From NCBI RefSeq assembly GCF_026571515.1, contig NW_026861239.1, positions 62,001 through 126,000 on the forward strand: a stretch of DNA of 64,000 bases, written 5' to 3'. Under the pieces are notes generated by a model, which did not search any database, was not told where the DNA came from, and was given only the letters and a program-made list of their open reading frames with translations. Below are positions 12,639 to 26,189 of this stretch, piece after piece. The translations under genes were made by a program, and so were the position numbers. The number at the start of each line of letters is the position of its first letter. Positions within the stretch are counted from its first letter, which is position 1. The stretch comes from Ruditapes philippinarum. Lineage: Eukaryota.

Positions 12639-15600
12639 TGAACAGTTAACCAATCTTGTTTGTAAAATAGAGAAAATAAGAATCCCTAAAGAAAGAACAA
12701 CACGCCAAAATTGAAAATGTTGTAAGTTTCTTTTTATAGTATTGATAATAGTACGGATTTAGGTGATACATATGAGAGACTCCCGCCTGTTGGTTGATTT
12801 AGTGCAAACCTATATTTTTTGTTTCATTTCTCTCTGGTTAAGTCTACAAGAAGCGATAAAGCATAAACTACTTAAATTGTCAATTGACAAAACAATTTTA
12901 TATAACTAAACATAACTGATATTTTACGAACATTACATAACTTAGGTCTCCTGTCCCCTTCCCCTTTGTGGGCCTATTATTATTTTCTTTGAATTCCTAA
13001 TCAGTTACAAATTATTTATCATTTATTGATTAACGTGTCGTTGCCCTGTCCTTTTTATGTTTGGGGTCCGCCTGGGCTCCTTGCCATTGGTTCTTGTTGC
13101 TGGGTCATATGGGGGTTGCGTTCATTGAACGCCGCCTTTCCTTGTTGATCTTGTTTTTCATATTTTAGGAGAAATATAATTGATAAAAAGCATTCCCGTA
13201 TTTGTTGACCTAGTTTGTATGTAAATTGAATCAAACTACAAAACAAATCGTCTCAATATGATTCTTTAGGGGTTTTAAATTGACATTGCACGCAATGCAG
13301 ATAAAAGTTGTTGTGAAAAATATAACAAATAATTGAGATATTCTAAATCAGAAATAACATACATAAATTGGCTATGGGATAATGCTTCTGTAATTAAATT
13401 GGTAAAATTATGACATATCGTTCCATAACGGAATGTGCATCATATTACGACTGATCGCTCGTCGGAGATACACTGCTATTCTTTGTAATAATGGTGTTTC
13501 AATTTTGTTCCTAAGGTCATTGTTAACTTAAATTTTGTCGTCGTCTACTTCTTGTCCATTCAACATGACATAATTCAAAGCTATGTGCACAGCTGCTTCC
13601 CACAAAATGTAAATGTGTTTCCAAGTTTAAATAAAGAAAGTGATCTCGAGTGTGGAACCAATTTTGATCCGAGTGACATGATCTATTTAAAAACGATGTA
13701 GAGAACTATTAGGTGATTTTAAATGCGAAACATCTATGTCATGGACATTTTAGTATCATAGAAGTTGAAGTTGAACTTTGAACTACGTTTACAATATAAC
13801 TCTCTTGACTCCATTGTGAGGCATATTTTGAGGAGCATCAATTATGTTTTTGTAGTGGTTCATAAGATATTGCTTCATGCTTAATTATATATGTTAATAT
13901 GAGTATAAAAGATTTTTTCTAAACTAAGTCTTTATAAACTTATAAAGTGACACTAAGAGGAGATCTTTCTTGGACACAATGTATTAGATTTATCTACTAA
14001 CGTTTGTAGTGTATTACAAGGTGATGCTGTCTTTGCGCTGGTCTTTTCAGTTTTGGAGGAGCAGATTTTTAGCAAATAATCACATGTTAAATACCAAAGC
14101 TTTGGGTATTGTAGTGTCACAAAAATTATAATCACCGGTATGAGGAAACATAACTTAACGTCATTTAATATTTTTAAACTAACATACTGAATCTTTAGAG
14201 TTATTCAATTTTATAGCTCTAGAAATAAATAAATTCTTCTGAAATTTTCTGATCGTTACTTATTTATTACATTAATCTTTAACATTTCAAGGGTAAATCA
14301 CTTTTTATAGGTTTCAAATGAAGATTCCCCTATCTATCATAATCTAAGTATTTCTCCGGTGCTCCAATTAGATATTAAATGTAATATATTGCATAATATA
14401 GTACATAAAGATTTGACAATTGTGACACCTTATATGGTCCGCCCTGAAAAGATTCATTTAAAACAAGTTTAAATATTTTATTATCTTTAACATAAGAATA
14501 TACGAACCTCTGGATCTTTTACAAAGTCAACAACACATATAACTGTACAAAATTTTAATAACGAACAAAACAATTACAAGGTGATGTGATCATATTATCA
14601 ACATTGTGTAAGGGTGTATTGCACAAAAAATGTCGCCCAAAAGTTCACTTAAGTGAAGTACAACAATAAAAGCCCACGACATCCTTCCTACATCCTTCAT
14701 ACTTAACGTTATAAAAAGAGTGAATGTATGAATGTCATAGTGGCATAATATGTATGTTCCGCTGAAATTATTGCAATCATATCATTTATTGTACAGAAGT
14801 GCGTGACAATAACTATAAATGAGTTACATGTCGCATGGTACAACCTAATAAAATCGTCACAGTCTTACTAATTTATCAATGTAAAATCAAGAAGAAACAA
14901 ATCACAGCAAATATTCAATTAGTGGATAATTTCAAGAGTATCAACACATGTGCTAACTGCTTTACAAAAATATTTACTAAAATGTCCGAAATAAAAGTGA
15001 AAATTTTATCGTGATGAAATCTACATTTAAATTGCAAAACATATTTATATATTTCAGTATTTGTTTGGTAAACGAGTGGCGAAAAATATGTGAGTGTTCG
15101 CTTAACCTTGTCAGAGGAGTGTGTCATCTATTTAAATGAAATGTATTACAATATAATCACTGAAATAATCACTGAAATAATCACTGTATAACATTTATTT
15201 TTCCAGATATGTATTGATTGTGTAAACACACAAGCAATGAAATATCTGAAAAATGTACAAGATTTTAATCGTAAATTACACCAAATCTTTTCTATTGACT
15301 TGCAACCATCTTCAAACATGCACACAAAATTTAGTAAGTAGCGATTAAAAATAATGAAAGCACACAAATATTTTTAACATAATTACACTTTTGTTTTTTT
15401 ATAACATCACTAAATTTTCACAACATGAATTTTCAATAGTCATAAAATTTTACATTGTATATTATTACGTTATTTTCACTGTGTTGAGTTGAGTGGCTCT
15501 TGCATCATCCAAAAAAGTCTTCAATATTTACATCTTTTCATCAATGCTGTCAAATTCCTTTTTTGTAGCCATTCAAACTCATCAAGTTTGTCTATCACCA

Positions 15601-18600
15601 TATGTTGACGAGCTCATGAATCTTCATGTTCATTTGATTCAAAACATCAAGCAAATTCACATATGAATGTTAAGATATTTTTTCGACGAAGTGAAATGAA
15701 AATTTCAAAGAATTCATCAATTAAAAGATGAAACTCACTTAATGAACTTATGAGAAATGGCACTGCACTATAAACGTAAATTCTAAGTATCCATACACGC
15801 TAGTATTTTGCAAACAAGTTAAACCAGCTAATTTGTTTGTTTTCTAACACCAACCAAACCAATTGATGTCATTTACATTTAATACACAAAGGAAAAATGG
15901 TACAACATAAAAGGCGCGACTATGTTTCTTACTGCTTCTTAAATAATTTTTGATTATCAGATAAGCTGCCGAGGTAAGGGCTTCTTGAAACAAAAAATAA
16001 AATGTCTCATAAGATGTTATTACAAAATAAGGTTTAAATGATCACACAATTAGGCGTGTTAAAACAAGTGCCTTTGTCATTTATCTTGGTCAAGATTTTT
16101 TTGATAACAGTTATCTTTGAAAAAATAAGTATTTAAAAAAATGTTTATTAACATTCAGTGTTTATTGAGTCCTAATATTAAGTCCTAATTTGTGATCACC
16201 TAAAATTTACAGAGATCTTAAATCTCTTTGAAAAGCTTTTAATTTATATCATAGTAGGTTAAACATCTAGGAACAATTATTCTATGATGATAAATAGCCG
16301 TACATAAACCATTAAAAACTATTAAATTTATAACAGCGTATACATGTTCTTGAATGTGCATATTATGTTTAATTCTAAATAAATTCAAAATCAAATTTCA
16401 TCTCATTCATGACTTTTATGATAATAGTAAACACTCATCAATATGGTGACATTTAATAAAGTTTAAATGATGATTTTAATAAAACCAATGCAACAGAAAA
16501 AAGAATAAAAAACCATCCATGCAACAATTCTCTCATGACAAGCCTATATGAAACAAAACTATCATTATAACATTCTTGCCTAAGATAATAACTGGACACA
16601 TTTTATAAAAATAAAAAAAAATGAGTTACATCGATAATTTGATCGATGAATAAATTTTAATAATTTATATATAATATAAAATATGTCAACTATAACCATG
16701 TGTTTAAATACGCTTTGGAATGTTTTTTTTATTAATAAATGCTTACAAAAATATGTGTTAACTATTTTTCAATTAATTCTCGAGTGTATCTTAGATTTAT
16801 TAATTATTTAAACACTTAATTATAAAATAATAAAAAGATAATTTTTACATTCCAAATTTTATAAATCATGTCTTCCGCTTTTCCAAGACACTAACTTGAT
16901 TTAAGGTGCATTTAAAATTTGTTGAAACAATTTGTTTCAATTCCTGGAATAATCACTCATGAAGAGGGATAAAAAATGAATGGAACTTTAAACTATCACG
17001 CTATTATCTCTTCATTCAATTTCGAAAAGTAATTGGTTTCTAAACTTCAATCAATGAGTTAAAGCCTTCAAATTCTATTGTAACATCAGAATAATATTTA
17101 ACCATCAAAGACATTTATAAATTCCGAAAGCATCGATGCATTCCCAATATTTTAATTAAATTACAATGGCCTGGGTATTCTCAACTAATTTAAAAGGGAA
17201 ATATCGTTTTGATTTTTTTTCATATTATCCCATTTTGCATTTAATCAGTTGACACGGAAAGAAGGTTGTCTTCTTTCTATTAGCCAACAAATTTTTCATA
17301 CATCTTTATTAATGTACTACTCGTAAAACCTTTCAAATTTGAACAACAGTTTTAACAATCTATGCGAAACGAAATTATATAAATTGTTTTTAGTTTAAAC
17401 AGAACATACAGTTATTCCAGAACATACAATACGTGATATACAGTTTCGCTGTGGAAATGGATTAGAACAAAATATATCAAATCTTATAAAGTTCCACTCC
17501 AAACTGATTTACAACCAAAAGATGTCATCGACTTACAGGAAAATTGTGTATGGCTAATACGTGACATTTAAAAAGTTAAAGTTACATAACACTGATTGAA
17601 AATGGCAATTAGTTTATATTTATATAAAGTAATAAAAATATAACTGTTACAACGTTCGTTTAAAGAAATGTATAATGAATAAATTGTTTTATTTAACAAT
17701 GAACAAACAGGGAGAAAAAAAATTATCTGTGAAAAACACAACCCATTATTCATTAGCAATTACTAGTACGATGGAATAGTATTACTTTGACAAAATCATT
17801 GATTAGTCAAGACTATAAAAACCATGTGAAGCAATCTTAAACAGCTGCAGTTTTGTTGAAACCAATTGATGCCGTGCAAGAATTACAAAAACATTCTTCA
17901 TTAACTTTTAACAGTCTAGGACACAAATATATTGATGAATTGTTTTCACTTTCAAATCTCCTTTCTGTTATTTTGTGTAGGTGCATTACTTTCCTTATTT
18001 TTGCTTAAAAGTAAAATTATTAAGTCAAAACTAATTCGATGGTTTAGTTCTTAGAACACGCTCAATTGTTGATGAAACTAATTCATACAATAAATTATTT
18101 GACAACTGTATGCGTACCGATTACAATAACAAATAAAATGGGTTATATTGTAATATTTGATTAAAATCCGAGCAATAATCAGTCGTAACGAGTACAGTTC
18201 ACATGCATGTTGCATGGCAAAACAATTGTCATAAAATTAATCAATCAAAGATGAATATTGCATGACCATTCGGCATGGATGTTTCGCCTGATCTTGATCT
18301 GCATTTGTTGCATTTATAGAATCATCTGCCGCATAAAGGCTTAGGATAACATTTGATAATAACCAACATGTGACCAACCAGGAGATTAGGTTGAATATTA
18401 GAATATTAGGCTTTTCTCCTTGTTATCAGAGGGAGATTATCGTGTTTTTTCAGCTGCACTGTTCCAAACTGTCGCAAAACTGACGACAATCAACGAATCT
18501 TCTTGTTAAATTAAGTCATCAATGAAAGATATGCAATGTTAGTAAATGAAATAATTTTATTTAAATGTAAGGAAATAGCAACCATTGCACTGTAACCAAG

Positions 18601-19199
18601 TGTTATATAGAACTGTGAATGTGAAATAATAATAATATTTAACAAGGATAAAAACTTTTGAGATAACGTAATACTCAACATGTAATAAATTAAATATTTG
18701 AAAGTTATCAAGGATTTGATGGCAAATACCATACTCATAATATCCGACAATAAAACTGTTAAAGTTTCAGAAACAAAATAAGTATGAAAAGATTATTTAT
18801 CAGGTCATGTCGGTATGGCATTAACATGTATCTTACTTAAACAATTTATTACTACATAATTTTTAAAGTACTAACCATAGTTAAAAATAAAAACTGCGCA
18901 CTTAAAATAAAAATTGTGTACTTACGCAGTTTTAATAAAGTAGCAATTACTCGTGATGTTTCAAATATAATATTATGAAATTATATAACAAATGATGTAA
19001 AACAATCAAACGTTTCTTGACATTGAAAATCACGTCTTACAAAAGCATGATTTGATTATAGCACATTATTTTTCATCATATCATAACCAACATCATAAAT
19101 ATAAGATAAAACATTATAAGAAAGAACTGTCAAATATCATGCTACACTCTTCATTGGCACTTTTGTTTGCAACGCAGTCCCAATACGGCTCACTTGTAA

Positions 19200-20377
19200 C
19201 TATTGAAAAATAGGACCATCCTCGGTCATGGAAGTTTCACTGTCCGAAACAGAACCGCGTTCAAACTTTAATGGCGTCAGATTCCTTTCCGAGCCGTCGT
19301 CAGATTTATCATCAGCCACCGGGGACCAATACACTTTGTTATTGATAGTGTCTGTATGAAGCTGTATCGACTGCCGTCTGCCGTCACCTAGTTCGATGCT
19401 TGCAATTAGTTTTTCAGGGAGAACATCTAATGATCGTTTCCTTTCACCATTTCCACCCTCTGAGCGGGAAACCATAGGCGTATGTTCAATTTCAGGCAGA
19501 GATAATCGCTTTCCGTCTTTGCCCAATTCTTGAATCTTCTCCATTGATCGAGCTTTTGATTTTCCTTCGGCGGATTTCGTCTTGTTTGAATTCTTTACTT
19601 TTGACCTATCAAGGTGATATCGTGAATCGTGATGTAAAACTGTAATTTCTGTACCAACGTCACTTTTTGCGGTTTCTGCTACAGTAACAAGAGTAGCTCT
19701 ATCGTCACCATCATCGTTCTGAATCACAGCATTCTCATTGTCGTCATCATCTCCTTCATCGCATTGTGTCTGTGTTGACGATGTTTTAAGTTTTGGTCGA
19801 CTGTTTTCACGATATGGATAAATCTTATAATGTTTTTGGGCAAAGTCAAGTTCAAGGTCATTATAGCGTTCGTTATATCTGTTGAGATATCTTGAAATGG
19901 ACTCAGCGGAGAAATCTGTCCCTGTAGTCGCATCAGAAAAATCATCATCGTCATCAATTTTTCCAAGCTGGAAGCGATTCAAATGATAGTCAATCTCTCC
20001 GTACGGTGGTGCTGCCTGAGCATGTTTCTTTGGAGCCGAGCAGATAGCAGCGATATTTGCAAGCTTAACAAATCTTGATCTACCCTTCCCATCTTGTCGA
20101 ACTGGTTTTATATCTTGCAAAGTGAAGCCTTTCTTTGCAAGCCACTCTTCTACAGATAAACCATACTTTTTATCTCGATGTTGGGTACTCGCTTTGCCTT
20201 GACCTACAAGAATCTGTGCACATGTAATATTTCCATGCTTTGCAGCCATAAGTAGAGCCGTGAAACCTTCATCATTTATTGCTTCTATATTTAGACCAAG
20301 GCGCCGGAAATGACGTATGAGAATATCACATGCGATGTCGTTTCCAACCATTGCGCTATAAATCAGAGGCGTGTTTC
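19200..20377 (-). CDS. ANKRD63-like: ANKRD63-like ankyrin-repeat gene, terminal coding exon (last ankyrin repeats plus long acidic/Ser-rich tail)
   Basis: Acceptor tttcattttgcag| ends at 20378. With the G from the previous exon it reads GNTPLIYSAMVGNDIACDILIRHFRRLGLNIEAINDEGFTALLMAAKHGNITCAQILV, then continues as the 383-aa ORF to TAG at 19202-19200. The FRRLGL segment between ankyrin repeats matches my recollection of vertebrate ANKRD63. Confidence 0.9.
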
Positions 20378-20852
20378 CTGCAAAATGAAATGAAACACCT
20401 CGATAAGAACTGATTACGTGCTTTTAGTGAGATTAATTTTCTATGTATTCTATCCGTTCACGATTGCATCTCCTATCAATCTGGTTTGATAGAATTAATA
20501 CAACGTATATCAGTATCAAGTGTACGACAATGACTTTGTAATAATTGAATTGCCGTTTCTACTTGTATAATTGAAATTCTAGCAATCAACTTAATGCGCA
20601 AGCGCAAGACTGACGACAGCAAATTAGATATGAATGTCATTTTTATATGAGACCAGATAACGTATTATCAAATTATCTTGCTGCTAATGGATGAGACAAT
20701 GAACTTCTTTACCAAGACACTGATTATTACGTCTAATAAGATGAAAATGACACGCTGAGATACAATACATAAACAAACGTTATATAGTAGTAGTTAATGG
20801 TAAATGTACTGCTCTTTTTCTTCGGCTTTATTGCAACCACTAGGAGTTTCGA

Positions 20853-21020
20853 NNNNNNNNNNNNNNNNNNNNNNNNNNNNNNNNNNNNNNNNNNNNNNNN
20901 NNNNNNNNNNNNNNNNNNNNNNNNNNNNNNNNNNNNNNNNNNNNNNNNNNNNNNNNNNNNNNNNNNNNNNNNNNNNNNNNNNNNNNNNNNNNNNNNNNNN
21001 NNNNNNNNNNNNNNNNNNNN
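20853..21020. other. Assembly gap (168 N) inside an ANKRD63-like intron
   Basis: Run of n characters. Confidence 1.
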
Positions 21021-21268
21021 TTAATGTGAAAAGTTAAATTCAAGTAATTTCCCTACTTTCGTAAACATTCCTTCTTTTAAAAACGGTCATCGCAATGTCT
21101 TTAAAAAATTAATGACACTTAGAAAAAACAGATTTAAATCTGATTTTAAGAAGAAGAGAAAAATATGTTCAAATTTTTAATTTTGACATCATAAGTCATA
21201 GTAATTAAACTTAATTTTACAGAACGGTAAAAATTATCTCATTAAGTAATGATGAGTAAAATGTATAC

Positions 21269-21446
21269 CATTTGTATCAGTTATGTCCGGATCGACGTTA
21301 TGCTCTTTGATTAGAATTCTCAGAATATCATTACAGCGTCTTTCGCAGACGTAACTGAGCGCCGTTCGTCCACAGTCATCCGTTGCGTTAACGTCAGCTC
21401 CATGACGTAATAGTAATCTCACTGTATTATCTCGAGCACCCTCCTC
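21269..21446 (-). CDS. ANKRD63-like: ANKRD63-like internal exon (ankyrin repeats), 178 nt, phase 0 in / phase 1 out
   Basis: ttgtttttgcag|GAG GAG GGT...ACA AAT G|gtatac. Encodes EEGARDNTVRLLLRHGADVNATDDCGRTALSYVCERRCNDILRILIKEHNVDPDITDTN(G) and joins the 20377 exon in frame to rebuild the canonical D..GNTPL ankyrin motif. Confidence 0.9.
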
Positions 21447-22122
21447 CTGCAAAAACAATAATATACAGTAACACCTATGTAGAAAAAGCCCTAAGGAGAT
21501 CAAAGATTTTTGTTGTTGAGAGGTGTTGCTGTAGAGACGTCAAATGTATTATAAATGATCGCATAGTGGGGACTTTTCCTTTGTTCTTACTAACCTATTA
21601 TACTCAGTACACTTCAATGAGCATTTGAAAACTGTATTGATATATAGCAGTACAGTTTTTTCATTGATTCATATAGGAAAAAAGTTTTTCCGCACCTTGT
21701 ATATATCAATGTAGTTTTTTTTACAGAGGCTTCATTGGGGCAGTGGTAACGAACATTCCCAGTAGCCAAAAAAAAAATGGAATCAATAAAATAAAATAAA
21801 TAAATAAATACAATGAAAAATATAAACAAAGATAATTAATGAAATGAAATTTACTCTCATTTAATCAAAAGGTACGGCCACTGAATGAATTATTTCCACT
21901 GAAAAAAATCCTTTAATCTTGAATCAATATTGGTAAACAGTTTACAACCGCCTCTAACATTGGATGTCTTTTGTATATTTTTTTTTGCGGCAGCGAAATA
22001 ACTAGAAAAAAAAACTGCCTATTATAAATAAACTGTAATGGAGCTAACGATTTATTTATTTCTATAACAAAAAAAAAAACATTATGCCATTGCGATTAAA
22101 CAGTTATTGTATATCAAACTTC

Positions 22123-22266
22123 GTTAGTTACGAGGATATAACACTGGCTGGGCGACATCTCGGGATGTTTCTGCAAAAAATTGTCTCGGCCTTACGGCCT
22201 CGCCATTTTCTAAGCAGAAACAGCCCTTGATGTCGCCCCAGCCAGTGTTATATCATCGTAACTAAC
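22123..22266. mobile_element. 144-bp fold-back palindromic element in an ANKRD63-like intron
   Basis: gttagttacgaggatataacactggctgggcgacatc... and ...gatgtcgcccagccagtgttatatcatcgtaactaac are inverted arms around ctcggccttacggcctcg. Confidence 0.8.
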
Positions 22267-22521
22267 TCGTTTCATGTAGCTATTACGTATTATTTGGGAT
22301 ATTGAAACTGTTGTTAAGAACGGCCACTCTTCATGAAATTTGATACACTATTGTCACATTTTTTAAAAAAACCCTTTTTTTTTTGAAAATTTTTTATTTT
22401 TTTTTAAAAAATAAATAAAAAAAAAAACGAAAATTGCTAGCTTGGGTTTCTTTGGAATTGTATAACAACAGCGATAACTATTTTTATATTAAATTTGTAT
22501 ACAATTAAATAATTAATCAAG

Positions 22522-22882
22522 TTAAAGCAGCATGCTTCAAGATAATGCTAAATTCATGAACATTTTGAAAATGTATTTAGAAGTTAAATAGTGTGATGGG
22601 AACAGAAAATGATTAACAGATTACAAGCCACGTAAATACCCAAACCACCCCCCTCCTCAAGAAAAAGAAAAGAAAAAAGAAGTCAAAATATGCACAAATA
22701 GCCTTAATTGTGTAAATTACGCAGTATAAATATTGTGCAAAATCAGTTATTAATAGCACATTTTAAGTAAATTGCTACTTGAATCTTGAATTTGTTTACT
22801 TTTTCTCAAAATCTTAGAACGTTTTGCTCAAAATTTGATTTTTTTGAAATTCTTTGGCTAATCAGGAGGCATGCAACTTTAA
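22522..22882. mobile_element. TTAA MITE (AGCAGCATGC family, Kolobok-type ends)
   Basis: TTAAAGCAGCATGCTTCAAGAT on the left versus TTAAAGTTGCATGCCTCCTGAT (right end reverse-complemented); same family as the copies at 42.8 and 47.2 kb. Confidence 0.75.
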
Positions 22883-23412
22883 ACTCACCAATAAAAGATA
22901 CTAATTTGAAAGTTTCACTGCTGATTCTGCTTTAAGCAAGAGAAACGATATTAGTTATTGCTCGAAACATAATTTTATTTTTAGGTAATTTTGTACAAAA
23001 AGAACTTTTTCAGTCAGCTGGTAATCTGAAATTTGGCACACAAATAATTATTAATAAACCGACATCAAATGGTAAAATAAAATTGAATCATATTTTTTTT
23101 CGATACCGTCATGTCAAAATACCCCAAAACAAAAACAATACAACAAAACATCCTCAAGGGTGTCCCTTCAAAGGTTTGATAAACACGCAAAAGCCACCGT
23201 TGTAGTAGCTTTAAAAGGATGCCCACGACATTATATGCTCATTTCTATAATGTACGTTATCTTAAGTAGTATATCAATAATCATCATTAAACCTGAACTT
23301 TAGAGCACAGTAAATTACAGACGTTAAGCTTTAATCGATCGATGTGCAGGTATACTGAAACACTAATTAATTATACATGATTGATAAGGTATATACTTCT
23401 TGTGAGATCTCA

Positions 23413-23584
23413 TTTATTTATTTGGGATAAAGATGCCCTAAGCGGGGCTTTCTGTAAATAGTAGTTGAAAAGTCAAACCCATGATCATCCCCGGATGAAC
23501 CGCACGAGGTGATTTTTGCCATGACGCACGGCGTCGAATAGTACTCTGGCGTCTGTTGTTACGTCAACACCGGTGTCTCCATAA
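23413..23584 (-). CDS. ANKRD63-like: ANKRD63-like exon (first ankyrin repeat); 3' half disrupted in this sequence
   Basis: Not in the ORF track. gtatattttcag|T TAT GGA GAC... encodes YGDTGVDVTTDARVLFDAVRHGKNHLVRFI, which resembles the ANKRD63 N-terminal repeat (…FLEAMQAGKVHLARFV…, from memory). It then reads RG-TGA (23487-23485), followed by a frameshifted GKTPL-like remnant (agaaagccccgctta). The 3' boundary (~23413) is inferred from the expected length. Confidence 0.75.
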
Positions 23585-24788
23585 CTGAAAATATACAAAC
23601 GATAGAACTTTAAATAAATAGGATTAAAAACACCACTAAGCAAAGGATAAAGCCTACAGCAACTTTTGTAGAATGATTGTGCAGATAATTTGCCTCTTTC
23701 CTATTTTATTGCAACCAATATAATCTTGGCTGCATTTATTTGGCTGGAAAATGATTTCTTAAACTATGCTGCATTTCACGAATGCCATTTTTCCTTGTCG
23801 ATATTTAATTTTATATTGTTATATGTCTGTAATATAAACTATTAAAAAGTCAGAAAAGGCATGTCTGAAATGCCAGTCAATCTTTGGTTAATCAACAATA
23901 CATTCATCAAAGTGCGATATCCTCCGTACATGTTTTTGACGTTCAGAGGAGGAAATAAAATGTAATAGAATATTCTTGTTATAAAACTGAAATAATAAAT
24001 GTGTTCATCGATTTAAAGAGTTATTATGAAAACCTTTATTTGTAAAACATAGTTTTTATAAAACAACATTCCCTTTCCTCATAATAATAACAGCTGGTGC
24101 ATTTTCTTAGGTATTAAAGAAAACTACTGGTAATAAATGATGATGAAACATACAGTAATAGGTACATTTACTAGTCAACAAGCATTTAGTGAAACAACAA
24201 AAATTATCATTCCATATTGTCCATAAATGGGTTACCCGTTTTCATTTAAATTCAATGAAAGCCGACTATCATCGGATTTCAAAATGAGAAATTTCTTAAC
24301 TGGTATACATTCCTCTAGATTTCATATCTGTTATAGCCTTTATCAAATATATTCAAGTGTAAAAGAATCTTTATATAAAGCAACTGACAGAAGTTTCATA
24401 CAATGACCAATGTACCTGATAAAATACATTTTTTTTGTAAATCCAAAATAAAAATAAAAATTCAATTATCATTTCAAGCAGGTGATATTAAGATATACTA
24501 GTTTACGTCATAAAAAATGCACATACAGCACGCCTTTTCCTCAAACTGCATGTTTCGTTGGACTTTTCCTTAATACCTAGCACACTACAATACTACATTT
24601 CTTAACATGAAGCTAACTTTACATTATGTTTCATGTGCAAACTGATTTTATTTACTTTCACAAACGTAGTTTTCAATGAATCATTGTCGGTTATTTAATG
24701 GTAAACAAAGTAATGATATTCCTCCAAAACGTACGAATTGAAAACGCATTGTTTTGCGTATAAACATTGAAATTAATAACGTGCGTAC

Positions 24789-25195
24789 ATGTTAACAACA
24801 CCTCCTTTAGCGATATACTTTTGAAGATATCTATCAACCCTGGCTTTTGAAGAATTGAGTTTGGCTTTTGATTGTATTCGTTTCATATGATTCCTCATAA
24901 GGTCAACAGACAAACTCCTACAAATGTCCGTCTGTCTTAAGTCGTCTCCAAGTTGACTCCAACTTTCAACATCTATATTATTTTGATTTTCAGTATAATC
25001 TGATTGTGATGATTTCTTTGCTTTTCTGTTCCTCCTTTTCCTAGATCTTCTTCGTTTTATTTTGGACCCCTCTAGACAGTCTTGTTCGTCAGTGGTAATG
25101 GATTTTGTCTTATATTTTGTATCATCAGTATAACACAGTCTTCCCGGAAGTCTTAGTTTTCCGTTTTTAACCTCCTTGTAAATGTCATAATCCAT
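24789..25195 (-). CDS. Probable first coding exon of the ANKRD63-like gene (Lys/Arg-rich N-terminus); alternatively a stand-alone 140-aa ORF ending at 24773
   Basis: 140-aa hydrophilic ORF in AT-rich DNA containing KIKRRRSRKRRNRKAKK. A donor AT|GTACGC at 24789/24788 gives 407 nt (phase 2), matching the phase-2 acceptor at 23584. The ORF stops four codons after this donor, as expected for read-through into an intron. Confidence 0.55.
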
Positions 25196-26189
25196 TCTTC
25201 TGTTAAACTGTTATCTATATTTTTATTATATAAAAAAGTTATTATTTTAAAGACGTTGCAGTTATTGTCCTCTACCAGTTTTCAGTTCCGTTTTAGAAAT
25301 TGATAAATTTAAAGTCTTTGTTGTATTAAAGTAACTTTGCATTTTATGTTCTTCTAAAAGTTGGTATCAATTGAATTCCTTAAGATGTTTTTAGTTTGCT
25401 CTTTCTCTTTTTATGCTCTGATTTTCTATTACACAAGCAAGAATTACTTCATTTAAAAATACTTAAAAGTCAGAAGTACCAACAGTATCGAAATTTAGAA
25501 GAAATAAAGCTTTCTTGCTGAAGACAGCCAACTTTGAATTCAACCAAGTGTAATCAATTACATTTGGTAATTAACAATACTATTTGTATTTCTTCATGTC
25601 ATTACTGGATATTTGCGTTTTTGCACCGGTTTTACAGGACTTACATAAGTAAAACAAAAAATCCGCAACCATTGCTGTGATTGAATTGTTTGTTTTGATA
25701 GGTTGATGTCACGAGAGAAAAAAAAATTGACAATTAACTCTTGTTTTATCATTGCAAAATAATTAATCATGGTAATAGCAAATGCACTCTCGCTAATGAA
25801 CACAGTCCTTCGTACAAGGTATGTGTCTATTAATGAAAGGTTTCATTGCACTATCAGAACGAGTGAAGGAAGAAAATTGAAAGTGCACGCAAAACTTCTT
25901 TCATCAAAATTACTTTTTCCTGGCAACTATCTCGTTCTTTAGAAATAAAACTATAATAAAATAAAGCAAACAAAGAAATTGAAATAATATAATTGTAAAT
26001 AAGTTCTGTCCCCATGGTAATATTTATGTAACTACAATGTAAAGTTTCAAGTTTTATTTATCATTTTGCCATGTATGTACATGTATAGAAACAAATTGGT
26101 AGAAATTGTAAGGAACCTTCTATAATGCTTTTTTTCTTAACTTAAAATATATCCACTGTTTCAAAACCAGTATCCATCTTTGATGAAGG

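Larger units (their letters stand above)
10300..17860 (+). repeat. Old segmental duplication, copy 2
   Basis: Same anchors as copy 1. Carries private insertions: a TTAA MITE, a mariner relic and a ~1.2 kb insert at ~14870-16060. Confidence 0.85.

Noticed and set aside
19724-19966. 80-aa Met-rich ORF
   Set aside because: Alternative frame of the Asp-rich (GAT/GAC) part of the ankyrin gene's last exon.
20797-21043. ORFs full of X
   Set aside because: Artefacts of the N gap.
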